From Clostridia bacterium (GTDB lineage: Bacteria; Bacillota; Clostridia; Oscillospirales; CAG-272), in NCBI GenBank assembly GCA_017411745.1, contig JAFQPM010000025.1, forward strand, positions 1,595 through 65,594: a stretch of DNA of 64,000 bases, written 5' to 3'. The translations under genes and the position numbers were made by a program. Each line of letters starts with the position of its first letter. The stretch's first letter is position 1. Below the pieces are notes generated by a model that was not told where the DNA came from, searched no databases, and saw only the letters and a program-made list of their open reading frames with translations. Positions 53,969 to 63,766 of the stretch are shown here, in pieces.

Positions 53969-55267
53969 ATGGAAGAAAATATAAATTTATACGAGTCGCG
54001 TGAGTTTAAGCGCTCTCGTGCCGCATACAGATGGGAATGTGCCTTTGAGTATTTCGCATCGCTTATGGTGGCGGACAGCCTCCTTGCGAAGTTATTGACT
54101 TCGATAGGCTTTTCCGATGCAGAAACGGGAATTTTGTCGTCCTTCATTACGCTTGCGTTTCTGTTTCAGATCATTTCAATATTCGTTATCAGGAAAATAA
54201 CCAACACCAAGCGCTTTGCCGTGCTTTTTCACTCGCTGGGACAGATAGTCTGCGTAATTATTTTCCTCATTCCGTTTATGCCGTTTTCAAAGCCGCTTGG
54301 AAAAGCCTTGACGGTGGCTTGCATACTTATAGCGTATTTTGGCAATTATATGGTCTCCACACTTATTTACAGATGGGGAAATTCCTTCGTTGAGCCAACT
54401 AAAAGAGGCAGATTTAATTCGGGCAAGGAAATGCTGTCGCTCTTGACTGGCGTGGTGGTATCTATCACCGTCGGAATTGCCGTTGATAAATTTGAAAAGG
54501 CGGGGAACGCAAAGGGAAGCTTCCTTTTTATCGCGATCGCCGTGTTGGCGTTTTTTGTTTGCGATCTTGCGATGCTTTTGCTTATGAAAAACGAGATCAA
54601 GCCCAAGCAGGAAGAAAAAGAAAGCGTGCCGATGCGCGTGATCTTGAAGAACACCTTGGGAAATAAAAGCTTTCGCAATATTATTATTCTTGCAATCCTC
54701 TGGAATTGCGCGAGGTTTATGACGGTTGGCTTTCTTGGCACCTATAAGACCGAGGATCTGGCATATACGATGACGGTCGTACAGGTGATCAATATCGCCG
54801 CGTGTCTTGCTCGCGCCCTGATCTCAAAGCCGTTTGGAAAATACAGCGACAAGCGCACCTTTGCGAAGGGAATAGAGCTCGGACTTGTCATCGCCGCGGC
54901 TGCATTCTTTTCGGGAATCTTTGCGACCCCCGAGACGAGATTTTTCATCATCGTACATACCGTGCTGTTCCACGTATGTATGGCAGGCGTAGAGGGAAAT
55001 TTCATCAACGTCACGTATAGCTACGTTGACAGCCGTTATTTTGCCGAAGCGTCAGCTATTAAAAACTGCATTTCGGGCGTTTTTGGCTTTGGAGCTTCGC
55101 TTGTCGGAGGCAAAATATTGGCAACCGTTCAGGCGAATAATAACACCTTGTTTGGATATACCGTTTACGGTCAGCAGGTATTGTTCGCAATTTCTTTCGT
55201 GCTGATATTGAGTGCGATTTTGTTCGCACACTTTGTTGTCGGAAAGCAAAAGGTAATGATACAATAA
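53969..55267 (+). CDS. MFS transporter
   Basis: The protein has about 12 predicted TM segments and an MFS-like loop, RWGNSFVEPTKRGRFNSGKE, between TM segments. Confidence 0.6.
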   Translation: MEENINLYESREFKRSRAAYRWECAFEYFASLMVADSLLAKLLTSIGFSDAETGILSSFITLAFLFQIISIFVIRKITNTKRFAVLFHSLGQIVCVIIFLIPFMPFSKPLGKALTVACILIAYFGNYMVSTLIYRWGNSFVEPTKRGRFNSGKEMLSLLTGVVVSITVGIAVDKFEKAGNAKGSFLFIAIAVLAFFVCDLAMLLLMKNEIKPKQEEKESVPMRVILKNTLGNKSFRNIIILAILWNCARFMTVGFLGTYKTEDLAYTMTVVQVINIAACLARALISKPFGKYSDKRTFAKGIELGLVIAAAAFFSGIFATPETRFFIIVHTVLFHVCMAGVEGNFINVTYSYVDSRYFAEASAIKNCISGVFGFGASLVGGKILATVQANNNTLFGYTVYGQQVLFAISFVLILSAILFAHFVVGKQKVMIQ

Positions 55268-55273
55268 AAAACA

Positions 55274-55307
55274 AAACACGGAGCGCGTGTCAACACGCTC
55301 CGTGTTT
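55274..55307. terminator. Bidirectional terminator
   Basis: Stem CACGGAGCG (55277-55285) pairs with CGCTCCGTG (55296-55304), and the stem is extended by A/T pairs. Confidence 0.8.
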
Positions 55308-55329
55308 TTATGCGATTTGGCAAAGCGAA

Positions 55330-56697
55330 TCAAGATTGACCGCCAAGAGTAACAGATACAGAGTGATATTGACCGCCACGATGATACGTCAAGGTGATCT
55401 CGTCTCCGATCTTAAAATCATAAAGTATATTGGAAAGTTGGGCAAGATTGTATATTTTCGAGCCGTTGATCGCGGTAATGATGTCGCCCTTTTCAAGCTT
55501 GCCGTAAACGGCAGAGCCGACCGATACCGAAAGCACGTAAACTCCGCTTGCTTTTGCGCGGAAAGAGCCGTTGATAGCGTCGGATTCAGTGATCTTGTCA
55601 GACGAGATCTTGTACCAGTGGCCTTCTTTTACGCCTACGCAGGTTATTCCCAAAAAGGCGCGTTCGTTGGAAATGGAAGACTCGATACCGTCCGCGCTGC
55701 CTGTAGCGATAATAGCCCAGATTATTTCAATAGCGCCGTCGATCGGAAGAGCAAAGCCTACTCCCTCGCTTTCTCCGAGCTTCATTGATACTATGCCCAC
55801 GACCTCGCCTCGCGCATTGATCAGCGGGCCGCCTGAGTTTCCGGGATTGACGGGAGTGTCGGTCTGAAGGACACGCATCGTTTTTTCAAGGTTCTCGTTG
55901 TCGTCGTATATCCAAAGAATTCTGTCGACGGCGGAGATTATACCTTGAGTAACCGTCCAAGAGAAGTTTTCTCCCTCGGGAGTTCCCATAGCATAAACCT
56001 TGTCTCCGGCGCGGCAGGTCGCATAGTTTGCAAGCGTCAGGGGGGAGAGCCCCGAGGATGCGATCTTCAAAACGGCAATATCGTCCTCAAACGAATAGCC
56101 GACAAGCGACGCCAAAACGTAATCACCCGTTTCGTAAAGTCTTACGTAGATCTCGCTCGCGTCTGCAACGACGTGATAATTCGTCGCTACGTAGTCGTAC
56201 GACTTGTCCTCGGAGACGCCAACTATGAATCCTGAGCCCGTGCTCGTTCCGCTTGCCAACTCCGCCGATACGACCACCACGGAGCTCATCGCCTTGCTTA
56301 TGGTGTCGGGGGAAGCGTCACCGTCAATGACGTCATTGTTGGTAGAAGTTGGAATAAAAACGATGCTTTTTTCGGGGGAAGGAAAAAGACCGAGCATAAG
56401 CGCGGACGTCATCGCGATCAAAAGAAGTATCGAGATCGCAGACAGTATCGCGGCGGCACCGAATCCGTTATTTGACCTCGCCTTGATCACACGCACGGTT
56501 TTGACGGCAGACGTATCCTCGACCGTATGATCGGTCGGCTCAACCTCAACCTGCGGCTCGGCGAAAAATTGATACGTGTGAGCGTTTCGCTCGGATATCT
56601 TCTTTCCCTTGGCCGAAATACGCTCGCTCTTTTTTCTGATGCGTTCGTTTTTTTGCTCTGTGCGAGAGCTTGAGTTTGATTTGTATGTATTGCTCAT
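55330..56697 (-). CDS. HtrA/DegP-family serine protease with an N-terminal membrane anchor and a C-terminal PDZ domain
   Basis: The catalytic triad contexts TNYHVV, DIAVLK and GNSGGPL are present. The PDZ-like tail reads KGDIITAINGSKI. Confidence 0.9.
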   Translation of the reverse strand: MSNTYKSNSSSRTEQKNERIRKKSERISAKGKKISERNAHTYQFFAEPQVEVEPTDHTVEDTSAVKTVRVIKARSNNGFGAAAILSAISILLLIAMTSALMLGLFPSPEKSIVFIPTSTNNDVIDGDASPDTISKAMSSVVVVSAELASGTSTGSGFIVGVSEDKSYDYVATNYHVVADASEIYVRLYETGDYVLASLVGYSFEDDIAVLKIASSGLSPLTLANYATCRAGDKVYAMGTPEGENFSWTVTQGIISAVDRILWIYDDNENLEKTMRVLQTDTPVNPGNSGGPLINARGEVVGIVSMKLGESEGVGFALPIDGAIEIIWAIIATGSADGIESSISNERAFLGITCVGVKEGHWYKISSDKITESDAINGSFRAKASGVYVLSVSVGSAVYGKLEKGDIITAINGSKIYNLAQLSNILYDFKIGDEITLTYHRGGQYHSVSVTLGGQS

Positions 56698-56765
56698 TTC
56701 AGGTACCTTTGTAATAATACGCCAACCCCATATTCAAGGTTGGCGTAATGATGTTGATTTTAATA

Positions 56766-57458
56766 TCAGTCGACAAGCTCGAATTTGTAGCCAACGCCCC
56801 AGACCGTCTTGATCACCCATTTTTCAGATGCCTTTTCAAGCTTTTCGCGCAGACGCTTGATGTGAACGTCTACCGTACGGGAGTCGCCGAGATAATCGAA
56901 GCCCCAGACCTTGTCAAGAAGCTGGTCGCGGGTAAATACGCGATTGTAGTTGGAAGCGAGGAAGTAGAGAAGCTCGAGCTCCTTGGGGGGAATGTCCACG
57001 CTTCTTCCGCGAAGCTTAAGCTCGTATTTCTGAAGACTGATCTCAATATTTTCGAATCTGATGACCTCGTCGTCCGCCTGCGGAACGTGAGACTGGCAAC
57101 GGCGAAGCACCGCCTTTATTCTCGACGAAAGCTCCTTGTTGTCAACGGGCTTTACCATATAGTCGTCCGCGCCGAGCTCAAGACCGAGCACCTTGTCGAA
57201 TACTCCGCCCTTGGTGCTGACCATGATGATCGGCTTGGAAGAGTTCTCGCGGATCTCGCGGCAGACCTGCCAGCCGTCCTTCTTGGGAAGGGTGATGTCG
57301 AGAATGACTATGTCGGGATCATACATTTTAAAGAAATTGATACCCTCAGAGCCGTCGGTTGCAATCTTGACCTCGTAGCCCTCGTTTTCAAAGTATGTTT
57401 TGATAGATTCGGCAAGCGCCGCCTCGTCCTCAATGACGAGAATTTTAGTATCCATCAT
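56766..57458 (-). CDS. OmpR-family response regulator
   Basis: The receiver domain reads ILVIEDE ... DIVILDITLPKKDG. The winged-helix output domain reads RTVDVHIKRLREKL ... VWGVGYKF. Confidence 0.9.
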   Translation of the reverse strand: MMDTKILVIEDEAALAESIKTYFENEGYEVKIATDGSEGINFFKMYDPDIVILDITLPKKDGWQVCREIRENSSKPIIMVSTKGGVFDKVLGLELGADDYMVKPVDNKELSSRIKAVLRRCQSHVPQADDEVIRFENIEISLQKYELKLRGRSVDIPPKELELLYFLASNYNRVFTRDQLLDKVWGFDYLGDSRTVDVHIKRLREKLEKASEKWVIKTVWGVGYKFELVD

Positions 57459-57882
57459 TTTTTGTGTCCTCCGAATATGTAAAAGTTGGTTTTTCCGATT
57501 GATCTGCCTTGTGCGATTTCATAAACTTACCGTTGTAATTCAACTCTATTATAGACTGCCTGTAGGAAATCTATGTGAAAAATGGCTGAATTTTGAACGA
57601 ATTTTCAATGCCGTTAAATTTGTCGACACACGAAAACAGATTAAATTTCAATTCTTGTTAATAATTATACCACAAAAAATTCGATTTGTACAGTAGTTTT
57701 TAAAAAATTTTATCGATTTTTTTAATAAAATTCAGACCGTTTTAAAAAATAATTCAAATTTTGACCTCGAAATTTTAACAAATTGTTTCGTGTGCCGCAT
57801 TTTCGAGCAAAAGTGTCTGATTTCTATGCGAGTGAAAACCCTTAAAAAAACAAATCTTTGATGCTAATTTCTCCAACACCCC

Positions 57883-57911
57883 TTGAAAAATCCGCAAAAA
57901 TGTATTATAAT
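57883..57911 (+). promoter_or_regulatory. ychF promoter
   Basis: TTGAAA (57883-57888), 17-nt spacer, TATAAT (57906-57911). Confidence 0.6.
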
Positions 57912-57964
57912 GTATTTATAATAGGTAATTATGCGTATTTTTACGGAAAGCAGGTAATTTTTAT

Positions 57965-59059
57965 ATGAAGCTCGGCATAGTGGGACTTCCAAACGTAGGA
58001 AAATCAACTCTTTTTAACGCGCTGACCAACGCGGGCGCAGAATCGGCAAACTATCCCTTCTGCACTATTGAGCCCAACGTGGGCGTTGTCACCGTACCCG
58101 ACAGCCGCCTTGACGTGCTGGCAAAAATGTACGACCCCAAGAAATACACCCCCGCGATCATTCAGTTCGTAGACATTGCGGGACTCGTTAAGGGCGCGTC
58201 GCAGGGAGAAGGACTTGGAAACAAGTTCTTGTCCAACATTCGTGAGTGTGACGCGATCATTCACGTAGTCCGTTGCTTTGAGGACGATAATATCATTCAC
58301 GTCGACGGCTCGGTCGATCCCATGCGTGACCTTGAGACCATCAATATGGAGCTCATTTTCTCCGATATGGAAATGGTCGAAAGAAGAATAGACAGAACCA
58401 AAAAGGCAATGAAGGGCGACAAGACCCTCGCGGGCGAGCTCGCACTCTTTGAGCGCATCTACGCGACGTTAGAGGAGGGCAAGTGCGCGCGTACTATGGA
58501 GCTTTCCGACGACGAACTGGCTTGTCTTTACGATACCCCTCTGCTTACCATGAAGCCCGTTATATACGTTGCAAACGTCAGCGAGGACGATGCGACCGCA
58601 GAGCCCGTAAACAACGAGGCGTATATGAAGCTCAAGGCATTTGCCGAGACCGAAAAGAGTGGCGTTATCGCAGTCTGCGCGGGCATCGAGTCCGAGATCG
58701 CAGAGCTTGAGGGCGAGGAAAAGCAGATGTTCCTTGAGGATATGGGAATCGAGGAAAGCGGACTTGATAAGCTCATCAAGGCAAGCTACTCGCTGCTCGG
58801 TCTTATCAGCTACCTTACCGCAGGACCCGAGGAGGTCCGCGCGTGGACTATCACGAGAGGAACTAAAGCGCCTCAGGCGGCAGGCAAGATCCATAGCGAT
58901 TTCGAGCGCGGCTTTATCAGAGCCGAGGTCATCGCCTTCGACGATCTCGTTTCTTGCGGCAATATGGTCGCCGCAAAGGAGCAGGGACTCGTTCGCAGCG
59001 AGGGCAAGGAATACGTAATGAAGGACGGCGACATCGTTCTGTTCAGATTTAATGTATAA
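57965..59059 (+). CDS. ychF: Ribosome-binding ATPase YchF
   Basis: MKLGIVGLPNVGKSTLFNALT ... and the C-terminal TGS-like domain ... GKEYVMKDGDIVLFRFNV. Confidence 0.95.
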   Translation: MKLGIVGLPNVGKSTLFNALTNAGAESANYPFCTIEPNVGVVTVPDSRLDVLAKMYDPKKYTPAIIQFVDIAGLVKGASQGEGLGNKFLSNIRECDAIIHVVRCFEDDNIIHVDGSVDPMRDLETINMELIFSDMEMVERRIDRTKKAMKGDKTLAGELALFERIYATLEEGKCARTMELSDDELACLYDTPLLTMKPVIYVANVSEDDATAEPVNNEAYMKLKAFAETEKSGVIAVCAGIESEIAELEGEEKQMFLEDMGIEESGLDKLIKASYSLLGLISYLTAGPEEVRAWTITRGTKAPQAAGKIHSDFERGFIRAEVIAFDDLVSCGNMVAAKEQGLVRSEGKEYVMKDGDIVLFRFNV

Positions 59060-59069
59060 GGCGGCACGT

Positions 59070-59110
59070 GGGGAGAGGGGAAACTTTTGAAAAAGTTTCG
59101 CCCTCTCCCC
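59070..59110. repeat. Long G/C-rich hairpin
   Basis: GGGGAGAGGGGAAACTTTT ga AAAAGTTTCGCCCTCTCCCC, with one bulge. It lies directly after the ychF stop and has no U-tract. Confidence 0.8.
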
Positions 59111-59187
59111 ACACCCCACACCCTTTCAAAACTTTCCCAAAAGTAAAACAGCGAGAAAAGATAAATCAAAAATATCAGGAAAAGAAT

Positions 59188-59838
59188 ATGAGAATGAGAA
59201 AAAAGAAGCACGGCGACGAGAGGATTCTCGCCTGTGCAGAATTACTTATAGAAGCCCCCGAAACGCTGAAGGATGATCCCAAAAAGCCCTTTGCCGATAA
59301 GGAAAAGTTGCTTTGCCTTGAGATCGGATGCGGCAAGGGCAACTTTGCCGTCGGCACTACCGCAAACGAGCACGACATCAATCTTATCGCGATGGAAAGA
59401 GTCAGAGACGTCTGCTGCCTCGCGCTTGAAAAGGCGATGGCTTGCAAGGACTCAAGACCTGACAATCTGCGCTTCATCATCGGTAACGCCGACAATCTCG
59501 AGGAGTGGTTTCCCGAAAAATGCCTCGATAGAATATACCTCAATTTCAGCGATCCGTGGCCCAAGGCAGGTCACGCAAAGCGCCGCCTGACTCACAGAAA
59601 TTACCTCGCGAAGTACAAAAAGCTACTCAAGGACGGCGGCCTTTTGATCTTCAAGACCGATAACGTAGGACTTTTCGACTTTTCACTCGAGGAATTTGCC
59701 GAGTTCGGCTTGACGGTCGAATGGATGACCCGCGATCTCCACAACAGCGATCGCGCCGAGGGCAATGTGATGACCGAGTACGAAAAGAACTTTTCGGAAA
59801 AGGGCTTTACGATAAATTCTGCAATTGTAAGATTTTAA
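59188..59838 (+). CDS. trmB: tRNA (guanine46-N7)-methyltransferase
   Basis: The motifs LEIGCGKGNF, NFSDPWPK and MTEYEKNF are present. The start was moved to ATG 59188, because the longer ORF would read through the hairpin at 59070-59110. Confidence 0.9.
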   Translation: MRMRKKKHGDERILACAELLIEAPETLKDDPKKPFADKEKLLCLEIGCGKGNFAVGTTANEHDINLIAMERVRDVCCLALEKAMACKDSRPDNLRFIIGNADNLEEWFPEKCLDRIYLNFSDPWPKAGHAKRRLTHRNYLAKYKKLLKDGGLLIFKTDNVGLFDFSLEEFAEFGLTVEWMTRDLHNSDRAEGNVMTEYEKNFSEKGFTINSAIVRF

Positions 59839-59879
59839 TAACCGTATCCAAAATCACTATCCTAATTGGAGTTCTTTTG

Positions 59880-59905
59880 CCTACTTTTCTTGCAAGAAAA
59901 GTAGG
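59880..59905. repeat. Perfect 26-nt palindrome CCTACTTTTCTTG / CAAGAAAAGTAGG
   Basis: I read this directly. It is related to the palindrome at 34112-34138. Confidence 0.9.
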
Positions 59906-59919
59906 GGAATCGAGGCAAA

Positions 59920-60843
59920 ATGAAACATTCCGAAATTGACAATCTGCCGGGCGGAGTTCTTGCGATAAAAAAGGCGGCAGGGATGACCTCCCACGATGTT
60001 GTAAACAAGATCAGAAGACTTTACAATACAAAGAGAGTCGGTCACGCAGGCACGCTTGACCCGATGGCAACTGGAGTGCTCGTCGTGCTTGTCGGCAGAG
60101 CCGCAAAGGCTTGCGAGTATATCTCGTCGGATAAAAAGACCTACAAGGCGACCTTGCGTCTTGGATTGACAACCGACACCGAGGACGTGACAGGGGAGGT
60201 TTTGACAAAAAGCGACGATATTCCTTCTGCCGAGCAAGTAGAGGCTGTATGCCGTGAATTTGTGGGAGAGTTGAAGCAGATACCTCCCATGTATTCGGCA
60301 TTGAAGGTTAACGGTCAAAAGCTTTATGACTTAGCAAGGCAGGGAGTGACCGTTGAGCGCGATGCGAGAGATATTACCGTATTTTCCCTTTATTGCGAGG
60401 CAACCGAAAGCAAGACCGACTATATTTTGACGGTTACCTGCAGCGGAGGCACGTATATCCGCACGCTCTGTGCCGACATCGGAGCAAGGCTCGGTTGCGG
60501 CGGTGTCATGGCAACCCTTGAGCGCACGGAGGCTTGCGGAATGTCAATAGACGAGTGTCATACGCTTGACGAGATAGAGAAAATGCCGGAAGATGACCGC
60601 CAAAAGCTACTGTTACCGACAGAACGACTCTTTGCCGAGCTTGACTCGGCAAAGTTACCCGCGTTTTTTGAAAAGCTATTCCGTGACGGTTGCCCGATCT
60701 ATCAGAAAAAAATAAAGACCGATTTCAAGATCGGTCAAAGAGTGCGCGTCTGCTCCGAGAACGGTCACTTTTTCGCCTTGGGCGAAATAGTCGAGCGCGA
60801 GGAGGGAAGCGCGATAAGATCGGTTAAAATATTTGAACTGTAA
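59920..60843 (+). CDS. truB: tRNA pseudouridine(55) synthase
   Basis: The motifs GMTSHDVV, VGHAGTLDPMATGVL and PPMYSALK are present. Confidence 0.95.
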   Translation: MKHSEIDNLPGGVLAIKKAAGMTSHDVVNKIRRLYNTKRVGHAGTLDPMATGVLVVLVGRAAKACEYISSDKKTYKATLRLGLTTDTEDVTGEVLTKSDDIPSAEQVEAVCREFVGELKQIPPMYSALKVNGQKLYDLARQGVTVERDARDITVFSLYCEATESKTDYILTVTCSGGTYIRTLCADIGARLGCGGVMATLERTEACGMSIDECHTLDEIEKMPEDDRQKLLLPTERLFAELDSAKLPAFFEKLFRDGCPIYQKKIKTDFKIGQRVRVCSENGHFFALGEIVEREEGSAIRSVKIFEL

Positions 60844-60846
60844 TAC

Positions 60847-60881
60847 AAAAAGGAGAAGGTTTGAAAGCCCTTCTCCTTTTT
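60847..60881. terminator. Bidirectional terminator
   Basis: AAAAAGGAGAAGG tttgaaagc CCTTCTCCTTTTT. Confidence 0.8.
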
Positions 60882-60889
60882 GTGTTCAA

Positions 60890-62215
60890 TTATTTTACGA
60901 ATTCATTATAGATCGCGCCCAGCGCAGTGTTGAAATCGTGCTCCTCAACGCCAACGATGATATTAAGCTCGCAAGAGCCCTGGTCGATCATACGGATGTT
61001 GACTCCCGCGTTCGATATAGCGGAGAAAACTCTTGCCGCAGTACCCTTTGCCTTGACCATTCCTCGACCAACAACGGCAACGAGAGCAAGACCGTCCTCG
61101 ATGCTGATGCTGTCGGGCTTTGTGCGGCGGGTGATTGCCTGAAGCACGCGTTCCTTGTGAGCCTCAAACTGCGCGGTGGATACTACAACACTCATCGTAT
61201 CGATACCGGAGGGAAGGTGCTCGAAGGATATATCGTTGTCCTCAAGACATTCAAGCACCTTACGGCCAAAGCCGATCTCGGAGTTCATCATATCCTTTTC
61301 AATGGTGATAACAGAAAAGCCCTTCTTGCCCGCGATACCGGTGATGACGTGCTCGCTGTCGTAGCTTGAAGCCTGCGAAACGATCATCGTGCCCTTGTCC
61401 TCGGGGTGATTGGTGTTTCTGATATTGATCGGAATACCCGCGTAACGAACGGGGAATATCGCATCCTCGTGAAGCACAGTCGCGCCCATGTAGGAAAGCT
61501 CGCGAAGCTCACGGTAGGTTATCGTGTCGATAGGTTGGGGATTGCTGATGATACGGGGGTCTGCCATAAGGAAGCCCGAAACGTCGGTCCAGTTCTCGTA
61601 AAGATCCGCCTCGGCAGCGCGCGCAACGATAGAACCCGTGATATCTGATCCACCGCGTGAAAAAGTCACGATAGTGCCGTTGGGAGCGATGCCGTAGAAT
61701 CCGGGAATAACGGCGTACTTGTGATCCTTGAGCTCGAGGGAAAGAATGTCGTTGGTCTTGTCCTCATCAAAGGTTCCGTTTTCGCGGAAGTAGACCACGT
61801 TCTCTGCATCGATGAAATCAAATCCGATGTATTTTGCGAGAATAAGACCGTTGAGGTACTCGCCGCGGCTCGCAGCAAAGTCACGTCCCGAATTGTGCAG
61901 GATAGCGTTTTTGATGTACTCATATTCGCCCGAGAGGTCGAAATTAAGACCAAGCTCGGAAATTATTGAATTGTATCTCTCCTTGATCTTCTCGTAATGA
62001 GCGTCGATGACGTCGCTGGAGGCGTGAGAGCGAACCAGCTCGAAAAGAGTGTAAAAGAGATCGGTCACCTTCGTATCGTCGGAAAATCTCTTTCCGGGCG
62101 CGGAGGGGACGACGTATCTGCGGTCGGGGTCGGCTTTTATGATCTCGGCGACCTGACGGAAATGCTGCGCGTCCGCGAGGGATGATCCGCCGAATTTAAC
62201 GACTTTAAGACTCAT
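60890..62215 (-). CDS. lysC: Aspartate kinase
   Basis: MSLKVVKFGGSSLAD and the C-terminal ACT repeats are present. Start at ATG 62215, downstream of its promoter. The longer ORF reaching 62356 covers the promoter. Confidence 0.9.
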   Translation of the reverse strand: MSLKVVKFGGSSLADAQHFRQVAEIIKADPDRRYVVPSAPGKRFSDDTKVTDLFYTLFELVRSHASSDVIDAHYEKIKERYNSIISELGLNFDLSGEYEYIKNAILHNSGRDFAASRGEYLNGLILAKYIGFDFIDAENVVYFRENGTFDEDKTNDILSLELKDHKYAVIPGFYGIAPNGTIVTFSRGGSDITGSIVARAAEADLYENWTDVSGFLMADPRIISNPQPIDTITYRELRELSYMGATVLHEDAIFPVRYAGIPINIRNTNHPEDKGTMIVSQASSYDSEHVITGIAGKKGFSVITIEKDMMNSEIGFGRKVLECLEDNDISFEHLPSGIDTMSVVVSTAQFEAHKERVLQAITRRTKPDSISIEDGLALVAVVGRGMVKAKGTAARVFSAISNAGVNIRMIDQGSCELNIIVGVEEHDFNTALGAIYNEFVK

Positions 62216-62290
62216 ATTTATCTGCCTTTCTTGCGCCGTGGCGCAACAAAAAATATCAATTTCTCGTCTGTAAGCGACAATGTATACTAT

Positions 62291-62319
62291 ATTATATGAA
62301 AAAACGGCTTTTTTGTCAA
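62291..62319 (-). promoter_or_regulatory. Consensus promoter of lysC
   Basis: On the minus strand: TTGACA (62319-62314), 17-nt spacer, TATAAT (62296-62291). Confidence 0.65.
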
Positions 62320-62500
62320 TAGCAATTATCAATAAAAAGTTAGTTTCAGAGCGCAAAAAGGTGTTTTTATTAACGAAAAAGCCGCGTTTTTTGAGATTTT
62401 TTATTAAGATGCTTGATTGTTGGGGCTCTTTATGGTAAAATACAAGTAAAGGTCAATGCAAGGATCGTGTTGACTCCACCTCCCGAAAGGAACCGATTTT

Positions 62501-63766
62501 ATGAAGACATATCTTTATCCATCAAATATATTATTGCCCGATTTTAATAAGATCGACGGCACGAAATGGTCGGCAGTCGCCTGCGACCAGTATACCAGCG
62601 AGTCTGAATATTGGGAGAAAGCGTACGAGCTAGTCGGCAACAGCCCCTCAACGCTCGAGCTTATGCTTCCCGAGGCGTTCCTCGACAGAGAGAATGAGAT
62701 GATTCCAAAGATCAATCAAAAAATGCACGAATATCTCGCAAATCACCTTTGTGAGCACGAGAATTCCATGATATATCTCGAGCGCACGCAGTCGGACGGC
62801 AGAGTACGCAGAGGCATCGTAGGCGCGATCGACCTCGAGGATTACGACTATTCAAAGGGCTCGCAGACCCTGACGCGCGCTACCGAGGGCACGGTGCTTG
62901 AGCGCATACCGCCAAGAGTTGCTATCCGTCGCGGCGCGGCGTTTGAAATGCCGCATATTATGATACTTATCGACGATCCCGATCGTACGGTCATCGAACC
63001 CGTTTCGTCAAAGGCAGAGAGCTATGCGAAGGCATACGACTTTGACCTTATGGCAGAAAGCGGACACGTTAAAGGATATTTTATCTCTCCCGAGGATTTT
63101 GACGGAATAAATACGGCGCTTGATAAGCTTGCCACGGCTGAAGCTATGAATAAAAAATACGGAGTCGAAGCAGCTCCTCTGCTTTTTGCCATGGGTGACG
63201 GAAATCACTCCTTGGCGTCTGCAAAGGCGCTTTACGAGGAGATCAAGAGAGAGATCGGCGAGGGGGCGGCAAGCGTCCACCCCGCACGCTACGCACTTTG
63301 CGAGATCGTCAATCTGCACGACGAAGCACTTGATTTTGAACCGATATACAGAGTGCTTTTCGGAGTCGATAAGGAAGATTTTACAAGATCCTTTGCCGAC
63401 TACCTGTCTGCACTTCACGGCAACGCCGAGGAGCAGATCATTGATCTCTGGCAGGGCGGCGAGATCATAAAAACCTACACGGTAAAGAGCGCCGAGGCTC
63501 AGCTTGCGGTCGGAACGGTGCAAAACTTCCTTGATATTTACGGTAAGGCTCACCCCGAGGTGACCGTAGATTATATTCACGGCATCGAAACCGTAAAAGC
63601 GTTGACAAGACAGGACAACACCCTTGGCATCACCTTCGACGGAATGACGAAGAATATGCTTTTCAAGACCGTCATCTGTGATGGTGCTTTGCCTCGCAAG
63701 ACCTTCTCGATGGGCCACGCGGCAGATAAACGCTTCTACCTCGAGTGCAGGAAAATTACTCCGTAA
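62501..63766 (+). CDS. DUF1015-family protein
   Basis: YLERTQSDGRVRRGIVGAIDLEDYDY ... ATEGTVLERIPPR ... FAMGDGNHSLASAKA follows the DUF1015 pattern. Confidence 0.75.
   Translation: MKTYLYPSNILLPDFNKIDGTKWSAVACDQYTSESEYWEKAYELVGNSPSTLELMLPEAFLDRENEMIPKINQKMHEYLANHLCEHENSMIYLERTQSDGRVRRGIVGAIDLEDYDYSKGSQTLTRATEGTVLERIPPRVAIRRGAAFEMPHIMILIDDPDRTVIEPVSSKAESYAKAYDFDLMAESGHVKGYFISPEDFDGINTALDKLATAEAMNKKYGVEAAPLLFAMGDGNHSLASAKALYEEIKREIGEGAASVHPARYALCEIVNLHDEALDFEPIYRVLFGVDKEDFTRSFADYLSALHGNAEEQIIDLWQGGEIIKTYTVKSAEAQLAVGTVQNFLDIYGKAHPEVTVDYIHGIETVKALTRQDNTLGITFDGMTKNMLFKTVICDGALPRKTFSMGHAADKRFYLECRKITP

Noticed and set aside
57624-57797. A 10-11-nt inverted repeat (CACACGAAAAC / GTTTCGTGTG) flanking ~150 nt of AT-rich DNA upstream of ychF, considered as a possible MITE.
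   Set aside because: The arms are short, there are no target-site duplications, and the window holds no second copy. The repeat is compatible with chance in a 500-nt AT-rich spacer.
62216-62290. A possible lysine riboswitch (L-box) upstream of lysC.
   Set aside because: The leader between the consensus promoter and the ATG is only about 70 nt with a single short hairpin (TTGCGCC ac GGCGCAA). That is far too short for an L-box.
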